Source: Vicugna vicugna
Taxonomy: Eukaryota
Direction: 5' to 3'
Assembly (NCBI GenBank): GCA_013265495.1
Contig: MU058257.1
Location: forward strand, 751,418 to 815,417
Length of the DNA stretch: 64,000 bases
Below are positions 41,014 through 48,260 of the stretch, in pieces (position 1 is the first letter of the stretch; every line of letters starts with the position of its first letter). Under the pieces are notes generated by a model. The model was not told the origin of the DNA, ran no database searches, and was given only the letters and a program-made list of their open reading frames with translations. The position numbers and the translations under genes are program-made.

Positions 41014-41741
41014 TGTTGCAGAAAAATGTGTTACAGCTTGGTGTTACAGCTCAATTGTGATAGCAGTTTGGGTCCGGGCGAGAGACCAAGCAGCACTTGG
41101 AGAGTTGAAGAACTCAGGTTTATTACACCAGCGGGCCCAGAGAAGTTACACTTCAAGCTCTGGACCCCGTCTGTAGGTTTACACAGGCCTTTTATAGGCT
41201 GCCAGTTTTACACTTTGCAACGTCACATACAAATAAAGTACAACAGAAGTTGACCAACCAGGAACAAGCTTCACAGAAATAGGCCAATCAGGAGTGAGCT
41301 CCATGCAACTGAAGTACTACAAATGGACCAATCAGAAGTTAGGGAAGTGAACCAATCAGAAGTGAGATTAACAACCAATCAGGAGAGTAACAATCCATCA
41401 AATGAGAGTAATAACCAATCAGGAAGCCAATCAGGAGTGAGCGCCATGCAACTGAAGTACTACAAATGGACCAATCAGAAGTTAGGGAAGTGAACCAATC
41501 AGAAGTGAGATTAACAACCAATCAGGAGAGTAACAATCCATCAAATGAGAGTAATAACCAATCAGGAGTGAAGGAAATAACCAATCAGAAGTGAGCTCAG
41601 GGAACCAATAGAATTCTAGGTGTAAGCCGCTTTGGAGGCAAAAAGTGAGAGAAAGCCTCTGGGCTAGGGAACCGGAAGGTGCTGGGAGAGTAGCGGCCCT
41701 GCCTAGGGGGTCCTGCCAGTCTTATGGGGCTTCCTGCCTCA
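41014..41741 (-). mobile_element. 3' LTR of provirus (728 bp, includes a 143-bp tandem duplication)
   Basis: TG...CA ends, preceded by the PPT. Minus-strand TATAAAA and AATAAA (about 41119-41124). 12 CCAAT words on the plus strand. Confidence 0.95.
41283..41567. repeat. Near-perfect 2 x 143-bp tandem duplication of CCAAT-rich U3
   Basis: Copies start at 41283 and 41426. Only one mismatch seen (gctcc vs gcgcc). Confidence 0.93.
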
Positions 41742-41753
41742 TTCCCCCCTTTT
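41742..41753 (-). other. Polypurine tract
   Basis: AAAAGGGGGGAA immediately before the TG start of the 3' LTR. Confidence 0.9.
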
Positions 41754-41801
41754 GATGCTCTTTAACATCTGTAGTGAGCATCAACCTTAGAGGGATGTCC
41801 C

Positions 41802-43311
41802 TTATTCATCATTGGGTTCTTCCCGGTCCAGGGGCCTGTACTGAGTAACTCGTAGCTGTAGTCTTAGTGATTATTCATGAGCTAATGAAACGGTTAATGA
41901 GATTAAGGATGCAGGGACCAAACAGAAGTGCTAGAAGGATCATAAGGACGGCCTGTTAGGGGGAGGAGCCAGGAGGCCCAACTCCAGAGGTTATTCCATT
42001 GTGCCCAGGAGTTTGCTAATTCCTTGTTTCTGCGGTCAGCTCGATCTGGTAGTTTTTGGACCATATTTCTGACAGTTCCTGATTGGTTTACATAGAAACA
42101 GCATTCCTCATTTAGGAAGAGAGAATGTCCCCCCTTTTTGGCGGTGAGCAAGTCTAAACTGCTCCTGTTCTGTAGGACTACTGCTGCTAGGGAGTCCAAC
42201 TGGTTTTGTAGAGTCATTAGGACTCAGCCACCTGTTTTAACCCTTCAATGACCTCAGCAGATAACTGCGGGTAACTGTAGGATGAGGCTGTTCCTATTCC
42301 TGTGCCCACTCCAGTCGCTATTCCCAGCCCAATGAGTAGTGGTACTAACCAGATGGCCCTTTTTGATAAGAGTATGGGCCATCAGGGGTACAGGAAGGCT
42401 CTCGTTATTAGCTATTATGTCCACCTGAGAGTAAGGAAGGCCAATGTGCAAGTACCTGTCCAACTGGCTGGCAGGCACCTGTAGGTGTGTGCCCCGCATA
42501 CAAAAAAGTTCCTGGGCTCGATGTGCAGCAGAGATTGGCAGGCACACCACTATGAACAGTTGTGCAGTTATAGGTTTGAGCACACTGGGCAGTGGCCAAT
42601 TTCCTACAGAATGTTCCATCCCCGAGTTGTAGATGCAGTCAGGAGCCACAGGGGCCAACTGTAGATTAACTGACTTGGGGCTTACATCTGCAGCTGGGGG
42701 ACCACACAGGGTGGCCATTAAATTCGGTTAGATTTGAGACGTATTGAGCTGGCTACATGCTGGAGGGGGGACGAGACGCAGGCAAAGCCAGCAATCACAT
42801 GCTAGTTGTGGGTTAGTAGCATTAAGGAGGTGATGGACCTTGTTTATTAAGGGACTTAATTGGGGGTCCTGGTTATAGAGCAGGGACCTAGGTCTATTTT
42901 TCTTTCCCCAACCCTTGCTAGGTCTATAGAAGGGCCCTGAGCATGTGGGCCAGGGATTTTTTCTGGGGAGTAGGTTCCTGCCAAATGCAATTTGGTGAAT
43001 GGGTCCCATTGGAACCCCCGTCATGGAAAGAGGTATGTCAGCAACTACTTTTAGAAGAAGGGTTTGGGGTTTCACCATTTTTAACAGAGGAACCATACCT
43101 CCATTAGGAGACACTGACTGACTGTTAGGTTTTCTATTGTAGAGAGAGAGAGAGCACAGCTGGCGTTAGTCCTTGGACGATGTTTCAGTCCTGGGGTGCA
43201 GTGGCCGTCAGTCCTACAGCCAGTAATAAAGCAACAACACTCAATAACAAAGTGAGGGCAGCAGTTCTTTTTACGTCTTGACTGGCAGTTCCTCAGGCTC
43301 CTGCCGTGCAT
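41802..43311 (-). pseudogene. Degenerate env (SU with CWLC; TM with fusion peptide, ISD and mutated CX6CC)
   Basis: Split across frames: LNATNPQLACDCWLCL in ORF 42728-43114; LQNRSSLDLLTAKKGGHSLFLNEECCFYVNQSG in ORF 41903-42217. Multiple stops and frameshifts. 5' boundary approximate. Confidence 0.9.
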
Positions 43312-43438
43312 TGACTAGCCAGCCTCCCGGTGTGGAGAGAGCAAGGCGTGGTGCTCTCTGGCAGGTGAGGCGGGCGTCTCTGGCTCCGATTTCAAGTGGC
43401 TCCTCGAGGTCCTGGCTGATTCACCAGACGTCCTCGTC

Positions 43439-46018
43439 TCACGGTGGTGCTTCTCTCTTTACTCTGGTGTGATGAATCCACGGGGTGATACCTGCAACTT
43501 TAAGAGCTGCTGGGATGGTTAGTTTAACCGTGCAGGGGCCCCGCCAAATGGGTTTGAGGGTCTTTGTCCAATCTTTTATCCAGACCTGATCTCCCGGCTC
43601 ATAGGGGGGTAACATTGTTCCCAGTGAGACTGGGATCCTGTCAGTTACCCACCCATGGACTTTCCGCATAGTTTTTTCAAGACTCTTCATGTGTTTGTGA
43701 AGTTCTAAGCTTCCCACCTCTCTAACTTTTTCTCCTAGTAACATCAGGGGAGGGGGTTTCCCATATAAGATTTCAAAAGGGGAGAGTCCCGTCCTGGGCC
43801 TAGGGGTAGAGAGTATCCACTGGAGAGCCATGGGCAGAGTGTCAGTCCAAGGCTGATCAGTTTCTCGACCGAGCTTTATCATCTCCTTTTTTAGGGTCTG
43901 GCCCATGCGCTCTATCCTCCCTGTATGCTGGGGCGTGTAGGCTTCATGTAGATTCCAGCGGATGTTTACTGATTTTTCCACTTCTTGTACTATTTTCATT
44001 ATGAATGCGGGTCCATTGTTCGACCCTATGGCTAATGGCATCCCAAATCTGGGAATGATTTCTCTGACTAAGGCCTTTGTTACTTCTCTTGCTTCCTCAG
44101 TCCGTGTTGGGTATGCTTCTACCCATCCTGAAAAGGTGCAGAAAAAAACCAGCAAGTAGTTGTATCCCCTGCCGGGCCCCATTTCTGCAAAACCCACTTG
44201 CACATCTTCAAAAGGAGCCTGGCCACAGCACTGGGTTTCTCTTGGTCCAGCTGACCCCCATCGTGCATTATTCTGAGCACATATGAGGCAGCGCTCTGAG
44301 ACTGAGGCACAGAGGGATGGAAGTTGAGGGATCAGACAGTACCGTTCTAGCAAGGCCTCTAGGTCAGTCTTTCCCAGGTGGGTGAGCTCATGTTGTTGAA
44401 GGACCACCTGGTGGGCTAATCGTTCAGGTATATATATCCGTTTGTCAGGCATCACCCACCATCCTTCCTTGCTGCAGGATCCTCCATTAGTTCTTGCCCA
44501 TGAGTTTTCCTCATACCTGTATGCTGGAGATGTTGGCAGCAGTATGGGTCTGGGTGCTGGTCGAATCTTTGGGATGGCCCCAAGATCTCTGGCATGGCCC
44601 GATTCACTTGCCACTTCATGTGTAGCTTGATCTGCTGGTTGGTTTTCTGTGTTTATGGGGCCTTTTCCCTTTATGGTGTCCTCCATAGTGGTTGATTGAC
44701 ACGTCTCTGGGCTCCCAAACTGCCTCTCACCGTAGTACATGGGGGACTTGTCTGGCTTTTCCACCATGCTGGTTATAGACACTTTGGTTGGTTTCTTTGC
44801 CGCGGCTTGCAACCCATGTAGGAGGGCTCTCCGGTATGTCCGCAGAGCCTCCCGTTCGGCTTGGGAGTTGTAGTTCCATTCTGGTCTTGTGTCTGGGGCT
44901 GCATTCCGGGCCCATTCCTCCACATCGATCGTTTCCTCTGGGGCCTCCCTTTGTAGCCATTTTATAGTTTCTGTTAAAATTTGCTGTCTTTCTTCAGAAT
45001 TGAAGAGTGTCAGGAGCAGCTGCTGAATGTCATCCCAAGTCGGCCGGTGGGTCTGGAAGATGGACTCTAGGAGGTCAATCACTGCCTGGGGTTTTTCCGA
45101 ATACGGCGGAGTATGCTTTTGCCAGTACAGGAGATCTGTTGTACTGAGAGGCTGGTAGTACAGGATGGAGTGGCCGGGCTGTACGGGGCCACCACTGTTA
45201 ACTTGCTTGGGCTCTTGGGTCTCCTTAAAAGGTATCTGGAGGATGGCCACTGGCTGGGCAGCCTGCGGGATAGAACAGAGTTTTCTTCCCTTGGGCTCTT
45301 GGCTGGTAACGTGTTGGGGCCCCTGGGTTTCTCTGAAAGGCCTCTGGAGAGTGGCCGCTGGCTGGGTGGCCTGCACGGTAGAATGGAGTTTTCTTCCCTT
45401 GGGCTCTTGGCGGGTAATGTGTTGGGGCCCTTGGGTTTTCCAGAAAGGCCTCCGGAGCATGGCCACTGGCTGGGTGGCCCATGGGGCTGAACAGTGTTTC
45501 CATCCCTTGGGCTCTTGGCTAAGAGCCCGGGGCCACCATGACGGTACAGGCGGTGGACTGTCCAGTAGAGGCAGCTGTGGTGGAGCTGCAGAAGCGTAAG
45601 AAACACCTGGCAGGCATACCATTGGCAGTTCTTCAGGGTCGTCCTGAACGACTGGCCTCGTTTTGTCTTTTTTCATCTTTAACGTTGGGACCTTGAAGAT
45701 CTTACATTGTCCCTGTCCCTTTGCACAGACCTGGACCCACGAAGGCAAGGTTTCTGCGACTGTTAGCCAAGAATCAATATATGGGTATTGGTCGAGATGC
45801 CCTGGGGGCGTGGTGATTATGTGGTGTATGGCCTCAACAACTGACAGGTCTAGCGTACCTCCCGGGGGCCATCCCACTCCAAAGGTGGGCCACTCTGACT
45901 GGCACAACCTGCGCAATTTTTGTGGTGTCAATTCAACTTCATAGTTGTCTGAGAAACCCTTTTCGAAATTCTGAATCATGCAGTCCAGAACGGTCGGCTT
46001 TGATTCTGAGGATCCCAT
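43439..46018 (-). CDS. Intact 859-aa retroviral Gag(MA-p12 repeats-CA NTD)-RNase H tail-integrase fusion ORF; candidate co-opted gene
   Basis: MGSSES myristoylation signal; MA motifs EWPTFGVGWPPGGT and GHLDQYPYIDSW; CA motif THRPTWDDIQQLL; integrase HELTH...CLIC, TFSGWVEAYPT, NNGPAF, IERM, WRGPC, PWIHH. Good Kozak (GTA ATG G). No stop over 2580 nt. ORF identity is clear; expression is unproven. Confidence 0.85.
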   Translation of the reverse strand: MGSSESKPTVLDCMIQNFEKGFSDNYEVELTPQKLRRLCQSEWPTFGVGWPPGGTLDLSVVEAIHHIITTPPGHLDQYPYIDSWLTVAETLPSWVQVCAKGQGQCKIFKVPTLKMKKDKTRPVVQDDPEELPMVCLPGVSYASAAPPQLPLLDSPPPVPSWWPRALSQEPKGWKHCSAPWATQPVAMLRRPFWKTQGPQHITRQEPKGRKLHSTVQATQPAATLQRPFRETQGPQHVTSQEPKGRKLCSIPQAAQPVAILQIPFKETQEPKQVNSGGPVQPGHSILYYQPLSTTDLLYWQKHTPPYSEKPQAVIDLLESIFQTHRPTWDDIQQLLLTLFNSEERQQILTETIKWLQREAPEETIDVEEWARNAAPDTRPEWNYNSQAEREALRTYRRALLHGLQAAAKKPTKVSITSMVEKPDKSPMYYGERQFGSPETCQSTTMEDTIKGKGPINTENQPADQATHEVASESGHARDLGAIPKIRPAPRPILLPTSPAYRYEENSWARTNGGSCSKEGWWVMPDKRIYIPERLAHQVVLQQHELTHLGKTDLEALLERYCLIPQLPSLCASVSERCLICAQNNARWGSAGPRETQCCGQAPFEDVQVGFAEMGPGRGYNYLLVFFCTFSGWVEAYPTRTEEAREVTKALVREIIPRFGMPLAIGSNNGPAFIMKIVQEVEKSVNIRWNLHEAYTPQHTGRIERMGQTLKKEMIKLGRETDQPWTDTLPMALQWILSTPRPRTGLSPFEILYGKPPPLMLLGEKVREVGSLELHKHMKSLEKTMRKVHGWVTDRIPVSLGTMLPPYEPGDQVWIKDWTKTLKPIWRGPCTVKLTIPAALKVAGITPWIHHTRVKREAPP
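45197..45520 (-). repeat. 3 x 108-bp (36-aa) in-frame tandem repeat in gag
   Basis: SQEPKGWKHC...TQGPQHIT / RQEPKGRKLH...TQGPQHVT / SQEPKGRKLC...TQEPKQVN. Confidence 0.93.
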
Positions 46019-47226
46019 TACTATCAGTTGACAGATTTTACGGTCTGTAGGTGTGGGTCTGCTTCTGGCACTGAGGACTGTGACCCCAGAACCTTTGTCC
46101 CACTCCTCAAAACAGTGGCGTTCTCAAAAAGCTGGCTGCCTCCCTGGGCCTACCGTCTACCTGCCTGGCTGCAAGTGCTGCCGATGGGCTGGGGTTTCCA
46201 CGTCAGGCAGGCAACCCCGAGGTTCCCTCAGGCCTGGAGAAGCTCTAGGGGTCCCTGTACAAAGTCTTTATAGCCTGAATTGACAAAATATGAGGCTAGG
46301 GTGGCTGGCTGGTGGCAGAATAAATGAACCAAAATAAGGGGGGCCTCAAAAGAGTTCCAGCCAATCCTGGGCTCCGGTCTTTTGGTCTTAATTTTAGATG
46401 TAGTATATTGATACTGATTAATCACGACAGGATATTATTCTGGGGGACTGGTGACAAGGTTGTGTCAGCCTCTTTAACGTAGTCGTAGTCCCTAAGGGTA
46501 GAGAGCTCGTTTACTCTTACGGTGTTCTATGTCCCTTTCCCTCCCTGTATAGCCACCCTGTGCCGCTGTCGCAAACGAGACAAAGGGAGGGTTTTCGCTT
46601 CGTCCACCTGGCCGCTCCCCTCGCGGGGACAAAGGTGCCTCTTAGCTTTGGCGGGTCAGTAAAAACCGCTGACTCCGATCGATACCCCGAGGGGCCGATA
46701 CCACCATGAGCCGTATGAGGTCACCACGGAACCACAGGTTAGGACTCACTCGAACTCCGTAGCAGAATGCCGTGGAGCTACAAACTCGAACCTGACTGCA
46801 TGCTTTTCAGGCCGCACACACACACGCACAAACACACAAGAGATTATTAGCACATTCCCTCCCTGTCACCAGGGCGTCCCTTATCTAACCTAATCTAACC
46901 AGATCTCCCCGTCAGACTACTATCAGGCAGGGAGCCTGGAGAAGATGATCAGTCTCTTCTGTCCATTTGGACAGAACCTGATTACCCTAACCTAAATATG
47001 GACACTTCCCGGGACTCCTACCTTGTTCAGCCGTGTTGCTGGGTGAATTGGCCCGTCCCTCCACTGAGCCTGGTTGGGGCACAGCCACCCAGAGGACTGA
47101 ATCACCTCCCTAAAGAAGGACCCAGGATACTGTTGAGTGGTGCGCCTCCTCGTTTGCTTTCTGAGCTCCCGACCTCCAGGCAGTTGCTCTGTCGTCCTGG
47201 TGGCTCAAGGGGCCAGTGCGGGTGCA

Positions 47227-47244
47227 ATGCCGTTGGGGCCTCCA
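47227..47244 (-). promoter_or_regulatory. Primer binding site, tRNA-Thr type
   Basis: TGGAGGCCCCAACGGCAT, 4 nt after the 5' LTR. 15/18 match to TGGAGGCCCCAGCGAGAT, the complement of the mammalian tRNA-Thr(UGU) 3' end as recalled. Confidence 0.75.
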
Positions 47245-47248
47245 GAAA

Positions 47249-47786
47249 CGTTGAAGAAAAGTGTGCTGCAGCTCAGCGTTACAGCTCAGTTGTAGTAACA
47301 GCCTGGATCCAGACAAAAGATCAGGCAGCACTCAGACAGTTGGAGAACTCAGGTTTATTACACCCGCGAACCTAAACGAGTTAACACTTCAACCTCTGAA
47401 CCCTATCTATAAGTTTACGCAGGCCTTTTATAGGCTGCCAGTTTTACACTTTGCAACATCATATGCAAATAAAGTATAACAGAAGTTGACCAACTAGGAA
47501 CAAACTTTGTAGAAATAGACCAATCAGGAGTGAGCTCCATGCAAATGAAGTACTACAAATGGACCAATCAGAAGTTAGGGAAGTGACCCAATCAGAAGTG
47601 AGATTAATAACCAATCAGAAGTGAGCTCAGGGAACCAGGAACCAATAAATTCTAGGTGTAAGTTAGCCCCTTTAGAGGCAAAAAGTGAGATAAAGGCTCT
47701 GGGCCAGGGAACCGGATGGTGCTGGGAGGAGAGCAGCGGCCCTGCCTCGGGGTCCTGCTGGTCTTTTTATGGGGCTTCCTGCTTCA
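47249..47786 (-). mobile_element. 5' LTR of provirus (538 bp)
   Basis: Homologous to 41014-41741. Starts TG on the minus strand; terminal CA reads CG. TATAAAA at 47432-47426, inverted CCAAT boxes, AATAAA. Followed by the PBS. Confidence 0.93.
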
Positions 47787-47819
47787 ATAACACCCAGCTG
47801 CCAATTTTTTCCCTTTATG

Positions 47820-48260
47820 TTTAGCTTTTTTGAGATATAATTGAGATACAAAATATGCACACGTTTAATGTATACCTCTTGGTGAATTTGGATATACACG
47901 TATAGCTGTGCTGTTATCACTAACAAAGTATTAAAGCTATCCATCACCTTTACATTTTCCTTGTATTTGTTTTTGTATATGTGTGTGTGCTTGGTAAGAA
48001 CACTTAATATGCAATCTATCCTCTTCTTTTTTAAAAACATGCAATTCTATACAATTAGTAAAATAATTAAAAATATGCAATTCCATATTGTTACCTACAG
48101 GTACTGTGTTACCCATACAGAGCTGGACGTCGGACGTTGTACAGCATCTTAATAACTTCTTCATCTGGTGCAACAGAAACCTTACACTCCTTGAAAAATA
48201 ATAACTTCTTCCTCCACCCAGACCCTGGTGACTAACCTTCTGTTCTCTGAGGTTTCCAAC
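47820..48260 (-). mobile_element. Old L1M 3' fragment
   Basis: TTTTTGAGATATAATTGAGATACAAAATATGCAC ... resembles L1M 3' ends. Confidence 0.65.

Larger units (their letters stand above)
41014..47786 (-). mobile_element. Class I (gammaretrovirus-like) endogenous provirus, internally deleted: LTR-PBS-leader-gag/IN fusion-env remnant-PPT-LTR
   Basis: Two homologous LTRs, PBS, polypurine tract, Gag MA/CA motifs, integrase motifs, and env CWLC and immunosuppressive-domain motifs, all on the minus strand. Confidence 0.97.

Noticed and set aside
41283..41610. Regularly spaced ACCAATCAG repeats resembling a repeat-spacer array
   Set aside because: These are LTR U3 CCAAT enhancer repeats in eukaryotic DNA; the spacers are themselves duplicated. 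Not CRISPR.
41903..42217. 104-aa ORF containing the env immunosuppressive domain, as a possible syncytin-like gene
   Set aside because: No signal peptide, first Cys of CX6CC lost, frameshift in the transmembrane segment, and SU lies in other frames.
45079..45606. Alternative-frame and antisense ORFs over the gag repeat
   Set aside because: Shadows of the 108-bp repeat in the main ORF, with no independent coding signal.
41014..47786. Functional link between the ERV and NRP1's role as a viral entry cofactor
   Set aside because: Nothing in the sequence supports this beyond proximity.
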